DNA from: Candidatus Latescibacterota bacterium
Lineage (GTDB): Bacteria > Latescibacterota > UBA2968 > GCA-2709665
Length of the DNA stretch: 64,000 nt
Direction of reading: 5' to 3'
Assembly: GCA_965237675.1 (NCBI GenBank)
Contig: OZ250150.1
Span: 4,672,001-4,736,000 of the forward strand
Part shown: piece by piece, positions 1-10,289 of the stretch
Layout of the letters: every line of letters starts with the position of its first letter
Position numbering within the stretch: position 1 is the first letter of the stretch
Made by a program: the position numbers and the translations under genes
Notes under the pieces: model-generated
The model's database searches: none
What the model was told of the DNA's origin: nothing
Seen by the model: the letters and a program-made list of their open reading frames with translations, nothing else

Positions 1-654
1 GTAGTTCAATCTGTGATTCGCCACGTGCCATTCCCGACCATCCCACGACACTGTGGCATATCCGACCCGATTGTCGCCGTCAAACGGAAACCCGGCGGAA
101 TCGATGATCGCATACCGCTGGCCGCACGGCGCGCCACAGGACGCGTAGTGGAGGTGCCCCGCCACAATCAGATTGGCCTCCGCATCCCCGAGCAGTACCC
201 TGGCCTCCTCCTCCGGCGTAACCGTCAGAAGCCCGAAAGGATCAGGCTGGAGAACCAGCACACCGGTCACGTCAGCAGGCGTCGCGTGGACGATGAGAAG
301 ATCATCCTCCGGAGACTTGCCTCCCGGCGGGGTTATCCTGTGCTCAAACGGCAGACGCTTCAGATAGTTCAAACCATCTGATCCAAGCCTCTCTCTCACC
401 CAGTCCACGCCGTCGAAGGCATATTCTTCATCAAAGACGAACAGGTCTGCGTTGCCGTAAATCGTGGGTGCCCCCAGATTCCGTATCGTATCCAGGCTTT
501 CGCCCGGGCGGGGTCCGTTCAGCACCAGGTCGCCGGCGACAACCAGACAGTCATAGGGTCGACGCTTGAGATCCTCGAGAACGGCGTTGAGCGCAACGGC
601 GTTGCCGTGAATATCTGCAATTACCGCAACTGTATATGGCACGGAATCACTCAT
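1..654 (-). CDS. Metallophosphoesterase (YfcE/calcineurin-like), 3' end outside window
   Basis: Manual translation MSDSVPYTVAVIADIHGN..AGDLV..GNAD..GHLH; not in ORF track. Confidence 0.85.
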   Translation of the reverse strand, partial: MSDSVPYTVAVIADIHGNAVALNAVLEDLKRRPYDCLVVAGDLVLNGPRPGESLDTIRNLGAPTIYGNADLFVFDEEYAFDGVDWVRERLGSDGLNYLKRLPFEHRITPPGGKSPEDDLLIVHATPADVTGVLVLQPDPFGLLTVTPEEEARVLLGDAEANLIVAGHLHYASCGAPCGQRYAIIDSAGFPFDGDNRVGYATVSWDGREWHVANHRLNY

Positions 655-675
655 TCAAAGCTCGAAATCCTGGCG

Positions 676-739
676 GCGTAACGCGATACCCGCCGGCGGC
701 GGGGCGGAACGAAGTGAAGCCGCGGCCTGGATGTTATCT
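676..739 (-). other. attC-like site
   Basis: GCGTAAC...GTTATCT with GC-rich interior, just upstream of the cassette start. Confidence 0.6.
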
Positions 740-800
740 GACGTGGAGGGGTTTCAGAGGTACCAATATTCAGGCATTTGGACAATATCTTCAAGCACTG

Positions 801-911
801 TGACAACGTCCCACGGTCTGCGAACACCGACGGGATTGCCGTAAGTCAAGGCGCCCTTCCACAAGCTCAGGATAAACTCCGCAACCGTAGCCGGGCACGG
901 TCGTGATATAT
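801..911 (-). other. attC-like site (degenerate) with REP-like insert
   Basis: TGACAACgtcccacggtctgcgaac...gccgggcacggtcgtGATATAT; contains cccttccacaagctcagg. Confidence 0.65.
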
Positions 912-987
912 GATGTGGGATGCATTCAATCGTTAGTCAAACTGAAGTCAGGTCAAGAGCAAGGTGAACCTCGCCGCCAAAGTGACC

Positions 988-1413
988 CTACTGATGGTGT
1001 GTGACACGAAAACCGAATCGCTTGTAGAACTCGATAATGTCAGACCAGGTAGAAGTCGTTTCCAGGACAATGCGTTGAAATCCCAACTCTTTAGCCTCCT
1101 GACAGAGCCTTTCCAGCATTTTTCCGCCGATTCCTCGTCTCCGCAACTCAGGTGCCACGGACATCCTGGCTATCTCTGCGACCTGGTCTGACCTGGGTAT
1201 CAGTGCACCCGAGCCAATAATCCTGCCATCAAGCCAGGCTACCAGAAATGTGGCATCGTTGTAACTGGCACGGATGTCGTTCAAATCCGGATTTAATGTC
1301 GGATCAATTTCCCCCCAGTGTTCGGCAAGTCCAGCTATAATTAGACTCCGGACAGCGTCTTGATTCTCGCTCTCAAATGGCTTTATCAAGATTCGTCGGG
1401 CATCCACCACCAT
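988..1413 (-). CDS. GNAT N-acetyltransferase (probably shortened by a premature TAG)
   Basis: RMSVAPELRRRGIG motif A; frame continues GHFGGEVHLALDLTSV after the stop. Confidence 0.85.
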   Translation of the reverse strand: MVVDARRILIKPFESENQDAVRSLIIAGLAEHWGEIDPTLNPDLNDIRASYNDATFLVAWLDGRIIGSGALIPRSDQVAEIARMSVAPELRRRGIGGKMLERLCQEAKELGFQRIVLETTSTWSDIIEFYKRFGFRVTHHQ

Positions 1414-1474
1414 TTGAGACTGTCCTTTCCTGTTTTGTCAAAGTTACCGAACGGGCCCTGTTCCCTTTCCCGAT

Positions 1475-1572
1475 TCATAAATCGTTTCCACGGTTTGCGA
1501 AGCCCGAGCATGTCGAGGGGTTGCCGGAGGTCAACGCGCGATCGGCGCCGCAGCGCAACACCGATGTTTTAC
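1475..1572 (-). other. attC-like site (degenerate)
   Basis: cggtttgcgaagcccg...gggttgccggagg...cgcagcgcaacaccgatGTTTTAC, array consensus. Confidence 0.65.
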
Positions 1573-1594
1573 ATGATGTGTCCAACCAATTCAA

Positions 1595-1933
1595 TCACTT
1601 GTCTTCATCTACCGCGAGATCTACAAGGAGTTCCAACTCTGTCGTCGATCCACGCACCCAGTTATCCTTTTTGAACTGTTGGTGGACGGTTTCAATCTCA
1701 TGTTTTGACTGCTCGACGACCTCATGGGCGCGCTCTATGTCTTCGGATCGCATGTACGAGAGGAGATATACTCCGTCATCTAAAGTCAGCAGGAACCAGG
1801 ACTCGACTTTCATTCCTTCGTCGCGCAATGTAGCCAATGCTTCGTCCTTGCGCCCGTTGATGGCGCTTGCCCATGCTGCCACGCCATCCTCCGAATTCTC
1901 CTTGAGCTTTATCAACTTTGCCTTTACGTCCAC
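1595..1933 (-). CDS. DUF6176-like small protein (paralogue of 32469-32810)
   Basis: EALATLRDEGMKVESWFL...YL.SYMRSEDIE shared by both copies. Confidence 0.7.
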   Translation of the reverse strand: MDVKAKLIKLKENSEDGVAAWASAINGRKDEALATLRDEGMKVESWFLLTLDDGVYLLSYMRSEDIERAHEVVEQSKHEIETVHQQFKKDNWVRGSTTELELLVDLAVDEDK

Positions 1934-1961
1934 GCTAACCTCAATGTTTTTTGCATTTCAT

Positions 1962-2033
1962 GTAGCGACGGCATTAGCGAACAGATACGGCAATACGGAT
2001 CAGATCTGAGGATTACCGAACGTACGGAAACAT
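1962..2033 (-). other. 72-bp attI-like double-dyad site, copy B
   Basis: 54/72 identical, ungapped, to 59782-59853 (hand count). Confidence 0.7.
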
Positions 2034-2104
2034 ATCGGTTTGACGGCGGCCTGGTACCGGAGCGTGATGAATCCACTCAAGCCCCGTCAGCTTCCATAAG
2101 ACTC

Positions 2105-3421
2105 CTAATCATTCCCGTTTTCGCTTTTCGCCAGACTGGCACAGACCAGTTCTTCATCATTTCGAGCGAACACATGTTTATAGGCAAACGCTGGATGCGC
2201 CCACGTGACGCCGCCTCGACGATTCAACTGGTCGCGCGTCGGTTCGATCAGTTTCGCGCGACTGATGACATTCAGCCCGTCCGGCGACAGCGTGGTAATC
2301 AGAAGTTCGCCGCGCTCATTGAACATCCAGACCCTATCGCCGTTCCTGATAAAATGGATGTTGCTCCAGCGGGCTTTGGGTACCGCTGTCAGGTCTTCCC
2401 AGATCCGATCGCCGTTTCGGGCATCGAGACAGCGGAGTTCCCCGTAGCTATCCACACCGTAGATGAAATCGCCAAGTCGGATCGGAGTTGACATCGTGGA
2501 ATGGAGGGCCTCTGTGTTCCGCTCGTCTTTACCCTTACGGTGCCAACCGAATTGCATTGTCGGCTTATCCGGATTCAATCTCAGCAGCAACGATCCATCA
2601 AAGAAATCAGTGAAAAACAACTCGTTCCGATAAAAAACCGGACTTGCGATCCCGATCTCCATGCGATGCGGCGGAAAAGGATGGCGCCAATACACGCCGC
2701 CCGTCTTCGGGTTGAGACCGACGATATTCTCGGCTGTCCGACAGACCAGGACGCGCGCATTGCCCTGTGTGATCACAATCGGCGCCGAGTAAGATGCCTT
2801 GTCGTCAAGGGCCTTCCACCTTTCAGCTCCGGTTTCGCGGTCGAAAGCGACGATACATGCTCCGGGCGTACCGCCGATCTGGATGATCACGTTTGATCCT
2901 TCAACGATCGGCGCGCTTGCAATTCCCCACGTTGGCATCGCAATATTGTACTCGGTGTTTAAGTCTCGCTTCCACTTCAATTCGCCCGTCGCCGCGTCAA
3001 AGCAGTGGAGATGCCCCATCGCCCCCAGGGCGTAAGCGAGGCCATTGTGAACGGTAACTGCCGCGCGGGGACCTGCAACATATTCAATTCTGTACTCGCA
3101 ATCGTACGTGTAGGACCAGATCAGTTCTCCCGTTTCCCACGCAAAACAGTGAACCCGTTCCACCTGTTTCGGTTTCGCAAGACGGTCAGTAACGTAGACG
3201 CGCCCGTCTGCGACGCTGGGGCCGCTATAGCCGCTACCGATGGGCACTCGCCAGCGGACCGGGATCTCGGGTCCGTCAAACGCTTTCAATATCCCGGTTT
3301 CACTCCAGACTCCGTCCCGTGTCGGTCCTCGCCACTGCGGCCATTCGTCGGCCAAAACCGAAGAGACGGGAATCAACACAGCCAGCAACATTGGCGTAAT
3401 TCTCAATTGGATCCGGTTCAC
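2105..3421 (-). CDS. PQQ-like/BamB-type beta-propeller protein with signal peptide
   Basis: ADEWPQWRGPTRDG N-terminus; repeated CFDAATGELKW blades. Confidence 0.88.
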   Translation of the reverse strand: MNRIQLRITPMLLAVLIPVSSVLADEWPQWRGPTRDGVWSETGILKAFDGPEIPVRWRVPIGSGYSGPSVADGRVYVTDRLAKPKQVERVHCFAWETGELIWSYTYDCEYRIEYVAGPRAAVTVHNGLAYALGAMGHLHCFDAATGELKWKRDLNTEYNIAMPTWGIASAPIVEGSNVIIQIGGTPGACIVAFDRETGAERWKALDDKASYSAPIVITQGNARVLVCRTAENIVGLNPKTGGVYWRHPFPPHRMEIGIASPVFYRNELFFTDFFDGSLLLRLNPDKPTMQFGWHRKGKDERNTEALHSTMSTPIRLGDFIYGVDSYGELRCLDARNGDRIWEDLTAVPKARWSNIHFIRNGDRVWMFNERGELLITTLSPDGLNVISRAKLIEPTRDQLNRRGGVTWAHPAFAYKHVFARNDEELVCASLAKSENGND

Positions 3422-3580
3422 GGTTTATCCTGTCCTTTCGTCCGTCACGTCCATCCGCTCAACGAAAACGATGTCCCCGGCCTTCGGGTCGGCAGGGCGC
3501 TTTACGGACCCGGATGGCCGGACGGTTTGCAAACCGGGAAAGGGGCGCCCGGGACCAGGGAGCGTAGTGATTGAAGCACA

Positions 3581-3612
3581 AGCCGGCTATCACAGGTTGT
3601 GCCGGCTTTTTT
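3581..3612 (+). terminator. Possible intrinsic terminator
   Basis: agccggc-N-gccggct hairpin followed by a T-run. Confidence 0.4.
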
Positions 3613-3825
3613 TATCGGGAAAAGAAAAAAGGGACTGGCACCGGCTGCCGAAACTCCCGTGCATATGCAGGATGCGGCTGGTAAGTCACAAACCTCCTTT
3701 TCTCTTCATCAAGGTAACAAGAAGGTGGATGTCCACCAAATCGGGTCAAATCCTATAAACACCAGACGCCGTATGGCGCAGCGTAAATGGGTGTGACAGA
3801 GGGTGTTGGAATTTTCACGAATGAT

Positions 3826-4614
3826 TCAGCCCGACAAGGGCGTTATGACGATTTCATCATTGATTTTGTCAATATCGCAGAATAACAACTCCTCCTCAGT
3901 GTATGAAGCTCTCACCAGAATCCGTCCCGAAGCATCACAAATGATCGAACTTCCCAATATGCGATCTTCAGCCATCGCACTAATCTGAGCAACATAGTTT
4001 GACTGAATCACGGGAATACCAAACGTCTGAGATATCGTCTGGGCTCCGTCGCCACATCCGTCTTTGGTAATGCGTCGCTCCGAATCTATGGTACTTGTCG
4101 ATACCGATGGCCATAAGATCACATCGCTATCCTCCAGGCCTCTACCTTTCACTCGATCAAGAAAGCCAGACTCTGCGCAGAAAACAGAGCCGAAGCGAAA
4201 TGGACCAATTCGTATGGGCGAACGATCTTGCGCTTCGACAAATGCCCACACCTTCTTCCAGCCGTCAACGAGAAAGGTTCTGGCTCCCCCTAAAACAGGT
4301 GCTTTTCCGGGCTGGAGCAGTAACAACGCGTTGAGATAGCCCTTTCCCGATGAATACGGCGTACCGATGAGGGTTCTGACATTTATCTTACAAGCAGCGT
4401 CGTTTATTTCCGATATCGCATTCTCGACGCCTTGATACCAATTGGGTTCTCTAAAAAAGCTGTGCAGGTGAAAATCATAGCCTATTAGCATCATCTCCGG
4501 AAAGACCATTAACTCGGCATTGTGCTCCGATGCTCTCTCCATCCATCTTGTAATCGTTGCGACATTCTCATCTATAGTCGCTGACATCACCGGCTGTACT
4601 GAGCAGACCTTCAT
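3826..4614 (-). CDS. Carbon-nitrogen hydrolase (nitrilase superfamily)
   Basis: MKVCSVQP start, VFPEM and FCAE motifs; the ORF-track extension runs through an attC. Confidence 0.82.
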   Translation of the reverse strand: MKVCSVQPVMSATIDENVATITRWMERASEHNAELMVFPEMMLIGYDFHLHSFFREPNWYQGVENAISEINDAACKINVRTLIGTPYSSGKGYLNALLLLQPGKAPVLGGARTFLVDGWKKVWAFVEAQDRSPIRIGPFRFGSVFCAESGFLDRVKGRGLEDSDVILWPSVSTSTIDSERRITKDGCGDGAQTISQTFGIPVIQSNYVAQISAMAEDRILGSSIICDASGRILVRASYTEEELLFCDIDKINDEIVITPLSG

Positions 4615-5017
4615 TTGTACACCGCCATGGAAGTTATCCAATGTCCTCAAACGATCTTGCAGGCACCTACCCGGCGCAGACGGCTTCTGCGAATGCACCG
4701 GAGCCGCAGCCTGTCGCGTTGGCCACCCGACGTACCCGATGCGTGCCTGCCGGAACGTCAAGCCCGCATGCTCACAGGAATCACTGTAACCTTCCGTTCT
4801 CTGCACAAGGTCACAACGTGTCCGAACCATTCAATGGGATCCAATGACCTATACAGGTTGTCCACGGCCCATGAATGTGCACACGTCACGGGGCTTCGGG
4901 TTCCAGTTTCCTGGCATGAATCCGGCTTGATCAATCCCCCGGGCCGATGACTCACCAGGCGGCGCACCGCAGCGCCGAACATCCTCGACAACCATGCGGT
5001 AATCGCAACTCAATCTG

Positions 5018-5836
5018 TTATGCGATGTCTCTCCTCGTGACAACAAGAAGAACGTGGCTGCTTGCACCCAGGAGAGAACGGTCTCGATCCGTTCGGTCGA
5101 TCATCTCGAGCATGATAGCCCGCTGTCGCGGATCCGACCAGATCTGGTCGAAATTCTGCCATAACCACGCCACGCCCTCGACGGCGACGAGGTCCACAAC
5201 CTGTAAATCTGCCTCCTCGGCCTCACGCGCGATCTCATCAGGGTAGTGGAAATACGCATCGGTAAAGTACCGGGTATTGTCCCCGTTGGGACGGTGGACA
5301 CCCGTTACGAGGTCCTGCCGCACAATTTCAAGATACTCCGGATCCTCGTAATAGCCCGTCACGAATCCATCCAACATCGACGCAAACCGTGAGATATAGG
5401 CCACAAAACCGACGCCGTTGGGTGAAAGCCAATCGGCGGTCCTCCGCAGCACGTGGCTGCGCTCCTGTGCGCTGGTGAGATGGTACATGGGTCCCAAAAG
5501 CAGCACGACGTCATACTTCTGAGACCCGAGTTCGAGAGATCGCACATCGGCAGTTTCGATCCTGGTGAGCGGATTGGGCGCGTTCTTATTGATCGACACG
5601 GCCTCTTCGATGTGTTCAGGGACCAGGTCAAACAGGGCGACCCTGTGCCCCTTCCCGGCAAGCCAGAACGCGTACGGCCCGGACCCACCGCCGACGTCTA
5701 TGATCGACAGACCGGATTCCTTCGGAAGATACTGCTCGATGATCTGTTTCGTACGGAGGAATTCCAGCTCGCCCCGACCGCTCATAAGACGTTGGTGTTC
5801 GTTCTCTCTGCTGTAATGGTCCGCGATTCGATCCAT
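5018..5836 (-). CDS. Class I SAM-dependent methyltransferase
   Basis: IIDVGGGSGPY, LLLGPMYHL; TAA lies within the attC R'' box. Confidence 0.9.
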   Translation of the reverse strand: MDRIADHYSRENEHQRLMSGRGELEFLRTKQIIEQYLPKESGLSIIDVGGGSGPYAFWLAGKGHRVALFDLVPEHIEEAVSINKNAPNPLTRIETADVRSLELGSQKYDVVLLLGPMYHLTSAQERSHVLRRTADWLSPNGVGFVAYISRFASMLDGFVTGYYEDPEYLEIVRQDLVTGVHRPNGDNTRYFTDAYFHYPDEIAREAEEADLQVVDLVAVEGVAWLWQNFDQIWSDPRQRAIMLEMIDRTDRDRSLLGASSHVLLVVTRRDIA

Positions 5837-5980
5837 TCGGCACCTCGTGAAAATGGTGATCGCGTATGAACTTGACCGAAATCCTTAGCGGGAAATGGGT
5901 CGCAAACTGAGAGGTCCATCTCAATAGGTGAGCGATGAACGTAGTTACGAGCTATCTCTTTGACATCTTTCGTAGCCATT

Positions 5981-6352
5981 CTAATCCTGAACGTTGGCAT
6001 AGAAATTGACGATGTTCCGATCCGGATCCCGAAACCAGAAGGATCGGCGCCCCCACGGTTGGGTTGTCGGCGGCTTGACAATCTCGACATTCAAGGCCTT
6101 CAAACGCTCGAATTCCTCGTCTACGTCTTCAACCTCAAACTCGATGGTATAGCTACCGTTTCCAGCACCCTTCAGGCAACCGGGAGCCATCTTTTCCGTG
6201 CGTTCTGAGGAGTAGATCGACAGTTCTGCGCCGTCCGTCGGAATAATATCAAAAACATTTGCTCCTTCAGGTTCGAGCTTTAAAATCTTCCTGTAGAAAG
6301 CGCATAGACGAGGCACATTTTCAGTTACAATACAGATGCCATTGAACCGCAT
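5981..6352 (-). CDS. VOC/glyoxalase family protein
   Basis: PTTQPWGRRSFWFRDPDRN. Confidence 0.9.
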   Translation of the reverse strand: MRFNGICIVTENVPRLCAFYRKILKLEPEGANVFDIIPTDGAELSIYSSERTEKMAPGCLKGAGNGSYTIEFEVEDVDEEFERLKALNVEIVKPPTTQPWGRRSFWFRDPDRNIVNFYANVQD

Positions 6353-6478
6353 GAAGGTCCTCCTGAAATCTTAGTGCGCATCTTCCGGGCGGCGCGGCGC
6401 CGCATTACCTTCGAATACTTTAAGAACTTACATTAGGACTTCGACGCAAAATGCGTGCATACGTTAAGGCGCAGAAAT

Positions 6479-6550
6479 CCCCCCTCCGCATCAGCCGTCG
6501 CCGGTTGGCTCGGCTTCTGAGACTCCCCCTCAAGGGGGGAGTGATTGGAC
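6479..6550. repeat. REP-like palindromic element
   Basis: actccccctcaaggggggagt hairpin plus agccg..cggct stem; intergenic. Confidence 0.55.
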
Positions 6551-6631
6551 CGTCAAACGGGCTCGCGGATTCACTTCCACCTATTTGGTTGTGGCTGAAC
6601 AACGCGAAGCCACGATAGGAAATTTGAATAC

Positions 6632-7444
6632 TTACGACTCTATCGCTGGACACCAGTCGGCGGCGAAATCGTTGGCCGAACTGTTGGAGAGATTGATCAG
6701 GTTCCCGCCGTCGGAATCGATCCGGTAAATTTGCTGCCGGCCGTCTCTGTCGCCTGTAAAGACGATCTGTTGACCGGTCGGAGATCATGAGAGTTCTCCA
6801 ACGCCCTTTTCAAGGTTGGTGAGGCGTCCGGGGTCGGACCCATCCGCAGTCATGACGTAGACGTGCCTTCCACCGTCGCGGTCCGAGTTGAAGGCAATCC
6901 ACCTGCCGTCCGGTGACCAGGCAGGATCCCCGTCGTCGCTCTGCGATACGTGCAGCCGTCGCTGCCCGCTGCCATCCGGGTTCATCACGTAAATTTGCGA
7001 TTTTCCGTCACGGTCCGTGGTGAAGGCAATCTGAGCGCCGTCAGGGGAATAGGTCGATTCCAGTTCGCGCGCCGGATGATCGGTCAGGTTCCTCTGGTCG
7101 GAGCCGTCGCGGTTCATCGCGTAGATTTCTACGTTGTCGTTGCGATCAGTCGTAAAGATGATCATCTGCCCATCCGGCGACCAGTGCGGCCGAAGATCGG
7201 GAGCAGAATTGCGGGTCAGTCGCTCCGAATTCCTCCCATCCGCGTCTATCAGGTAGATTTCACCCTTTCCGTGACGCCGGTCGCAGTATGCGATGCACGT
7301 ACCGTCGGGGGACCATCTCGGATGATCTTCCTCCCATTCCGGGGTACGGGTGATGTTCGTCTGATTGCTTCCGTCCGCATCCATAACGAAGAGATCGTAG
7401 GTCCCATCCCGATCGCTCACAAACGTGATCTTCGAAGATTCCAT
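6632..7444 (-). pseudogene. TolB-like PD40 beta-propeller with an in-frame TGA at 6785-6787
   Basis: WSPDG repeats; after the TGA the frame continues SPTGQQIVFTGDRDGRQQIY...WCPAIES*. Confidence 0.8.
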
Positions 7445-7520
7445 GGCTGTGCTCTTTCAAGCGGACATTGTGGCAATGCAGAGCGGATAACGTCCAGGCT
7501 GAACCAGCAATGAACGGAAT

Positions 7521-8201
7521 CTATGTCTCCAGCTTCCTCAGGACGAGAAGCTCATCTTCCATCAAAGCCTCAAGCGTAAAGTCGAACCGGTCGACATCCA
7601 GACACATTTCGACGTCTCGTGGATTGATACCCTTTTCGCCCGCAGCCGCTGCCTTACGGATATCGATCGCTGCCCTGGACCCGGAAGCTCTCCGGATGTA
7701 TGGGGTCGGATCAATTGCGGGATCTCGAACGAGAGCATCGATAAATTCAGCGCAAGACAGGTCCTCCTCTGCCGTTCCCTCCTCACCTGTTACGACATAG
7801 GTCAACTCATCTGGCGCCGAGCCGCGTATTCTCCGGGCGACTGCCGATGCGCAGACGAAGCCCGTGCAGATCAGTGGTTTGCAATGGCGCACGGCAACGG
7901 CGCCAATCGTTCCGGCAGTTGTCCGTTGCACGATGGTTTTGCCGCGAATATCCACTTCCTGGAGGTCCGCGGGTGAATTATACAGATCGAATCCCTCTGC
8001 GGGCGCACCATCCTTCAAGGCGAGGGACCCCGGAAATTGTGCCTTGATTTCCAGGGCTTCTTCAAGGTCGTCAACAAGAATCATCCTCGACGCGCCCTTA
8101 TGCATGGCCCACGCGGCAACGGTATACGCTCGCATTACGTCGATAACAACTGCCGCACCCGAGACAGACTCACACTCCCCGATACCTACAAATCTTGCCA
8201 T
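7521..8201 (-). CDS. 2-phosphosulfolactate phosphatase (ComB family)
   Basis: VVIDVMRAYT, NSP, QRTTAGT, EEDLSCA motifs. Confidence 0.85.
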   Translation of the reverse strand: MARFVGIGECESVSGAAVVIDVMRAYTVAAWAMHKGASRMILVDDLEEALEIKAQFPGSLALKDGAPAEGFDLYNSPADLQEVDIRGKTIVQRTTAGTIGAVAVRHCKPLICTGFVCASAVARRIRGSAPDELTYVVTGEEGTAEEDLSCAEFIDALVRDPAIDPTPYIRRASGSRAAIDIRKAAAAGEKGINPRDVEMCLDVDRFDFTLEALMEDELLVLRKLET

Positions 8202-8213
8202 GGAATATCCGCC

Positions 8214-9050
8214 TCACTTTTCATGTGGTTTGCTATGGGATTGAAATTGATCGAACTCCGGATAGGGGTTCTCCCAGAGCTTGACTCCCCCTACCCAGGT
8301 TACATGGTGTGTGGTCACGATCTCGCCGGATGATGTGGTATTGCGTTCATCGAACAGCTTCAGACGAGGGTCATCGTAGCGAGGAACGGATCCGCCGCCC
8401 CAGGCCCAGATGGAACATTGAAACTGGAGCCATTCGTAGACATCCGGATAGATTCGCTTCTCGATGACGTCGGCTGCAAATCGAATCCCTACGCCGTTCC
8501 TTTCCATGGAGACGCGCATCTGGTCCTGAACGGTGATCATCTGGCTCAGCCGTGTATTGTCGCCAAAAACCTCGCCCACCTCCTGATGGTGCAGTTCTCC
8601 TATCAGTTCACAGAAGATGAGACCTCCCGGCTTCAGGACTCGCAATGCGGCCTGTACTCCGAAACTGTCATACCCGATCGGTGCCCGTTCGGAGTAGACA
8701 AAGTCAAACGATTCCGGCTCCAGGGATTCTCCTTCCGCAAGGAAGTCCAGAAGCCTGAACTCTACGTTCCCTGCCTTCATCGTTCTCAGGGCCTCTTCAG
8801 CCAGTTCTATATGGCTGGGGTCGTTGTCGACACCGAGAGCTGAGTCAAAGCGATCGGCATTCTGTACCAGAGTCCCGCCGTTCCCACAACCGATATCCAG
8901 GACTCGCATCTCAGGGCGAAACTGCGACGCAATAATTTCCCTTGCCCGAGGCGCGATGTTTCCATCAGTGCGGCATTTCGCCGGCCGCGAGCCGTAATAG
9001 GAGTGTTCCTGATTCAGAATCGACTTCAGGCGATCTTCGTCAAGATCCAC
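8214..9050 (-). CDS. Class I SAM-dependent methyltransferase
   Basis: VLDIGCGNG; VLKPGG. Confidence 0.88.
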   Translation of the reverse strand: MDLDEDRLKSILNQEHSYYGSRPAKCRTDGNIAPRAREIIASQFRPEMRVLDIGCGNGGTLVQNADRFDSALGVDNDPSHIELAEEALRTMKAGNVEFRLLDFLAEGESLEPESFDFVYSERAPIGYDSFGVQAALRVLKPGGLIFCELIGELHHQEVGEVFGDNTRLSQMITVQDQMRVSMERNGVGIRFAADVIEKRIYPDVYEWLQFQCSIWAWGGGSVPRYDDPRLKLFDERNTTSSGEIVTTHHVTWVGGVKLWENPYPEFDQFQSHSKPHEK

Positions 9051-9129
9051 AGATAGGACCTCCGTTCATCGACGGAATACCTGTCGCGTGTACGCTCGGA
9101 CGACGTCGTTTTCCCCTGGTTGGCATTAC

Positions 9130-9290
9130 AAATAACGATTTCCAGTTTCCGAACCCCGAGCCCGGCCGCCAAGCCTGAACCCTGGACCTGCACCCTGGCC
9201 TTGCCCTGAGCTTGTGGTCCCTGAGCCTGTCGAAGGGCCGAAGGGCTGTCGAAGGGTGCCGATGGGGTTGCCGAATGCCGCTCTGACAAG
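9130..9290 (-). other. attC-like site expanded by nested REP-like units
   Basis: AAATAAC..ccgaacccc...ggggttgccgaatgcc with nested ccctgagc(t/c)tgt..cgaaggg at 9204-9256. Confidence 0.65.
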
Positions 9291-9296
9291 ACCCAT

Positions 9297-9959
9297 CTAC
9301 AACCGTTCGTTTCTGACGGCGAAGAAAAACGGGTGAACCTCATCCAGCGTGTCAACATTGGTAAGCCCGGCTCCTGCGATACCTTCCCGTTCGATCTCAA
9401 ATCCGGTCTCAGCAAGAATTTTCCTGTAGGTCGAGGGGCCAAAGTTGCTCCAGTACATCGTCCCGCCGAAGAAGTCATCTTCAGTATATCCAGGCCCGTC
9501 GTCATTCCTGGCAACCGTAAACAGAAGGAGGCCGCCTGGCCGAAGCCACTGTACGAATCGACGAAAGAGATTCAGATGCTCCTGCCTCGGGATGTGAAAA
9601 ATGGCGCAAAAGCTGACAATTGCATCGAAGCTGGCTGCGGGGAATTCCATCTCCGTTACGTCGGCGGTGACGAACCGGGCTGTGGGGACGTTGTTCCTGG
9701 CCAGAGCTATCATGCTCGAGGAGATGTCGATACCCGTGACGCGAAATGTCTTCGCAAGGTGCCGCGCGACCGGGATACCGGCGCCACAGCCAACATCAAG
9801 GATCCTGGAACCGGGCGCCAGACGTTTCGTGATCAGGTTGAGCTCAGAGTCGGCCGTGGTGCACCGTTGCTCGGCGTAGTGTATCGCGCATCGGTCGTAG
9901 GCCGCCCTGACGAGCGCCCGATAATCCGTATTCGGATCATCAGCAATCTTGAATGGCAT
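9297..9959 (-). CDS. Class I SAM-dependent methyltransferase
   Basis: ILDVGCGAGIP; WLRPGG; MYWS. Confidence 0.88.
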   Translation of the reverse strand: MPFKIADDPNTDYRALVRAAYDRCAIHYAEQRCTTADSELNLITKRLAPGSRILDVGCGAGIPVARHLAKTFRVTGIDISSSMIALARNNVPTARFVTADVTEMEFPAASFDAIVSFCAIFHIPRQEHLNLFRRFVQWLRPGGLLLFTVARNDDGPGYTEDDFFGGTMYWSNFGPSTYRKILAETGFEIEREGIAGAGLTNVDTLDEVHPFFFAVRNERL

Positions 9960-10034
9960 TATGTCACATTCCTGACCTGAGTCACTCGTTTCAATGAAGG
10001 ATTTCAGCTTTCGTTTTGCCGTTTTTTGACGGTT

Positions 10035-10117
10035 GGCCAACGGGGTACCGGCCTTCCAGGGATGTGTGGCCAGGGTGTCCTGCAGGCTGAAGGACCGCAG
10101 CGCAAACCGTGTTGTAA
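10035..10117 (-). other. attC-like site
   Basis: GGCCAAC...cgcagcgcaaaccgtGTTGTAA. Confidence 0.55.
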
Positions 10118-10289
10118 AATGAAGTGGAAACCAGTGTCCTGTCGCAGAAATATGTCACCATTCTTCCCTGTCTGCGTGCGTGAGGCAGCACGCACAGGCA
10201 GGCGCCGGTTCATCCCGTCTCGCGGCGTTGCCTTGCGTGCCGGGCGACTCGTCGGCCGAATTTCGGCAATCTAGTTCCCGGACAGAACA

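Noticed and set aside
6785-6787. TGA at a conserved Trp position (WSP), suggesting an alternative genetic code
   Set aside because: Many genes here end in TGA and use TGG for Trp. A single TGG>TGA nonsense mutation in a decaying array is simpler; the same applies to the TAG at 988.
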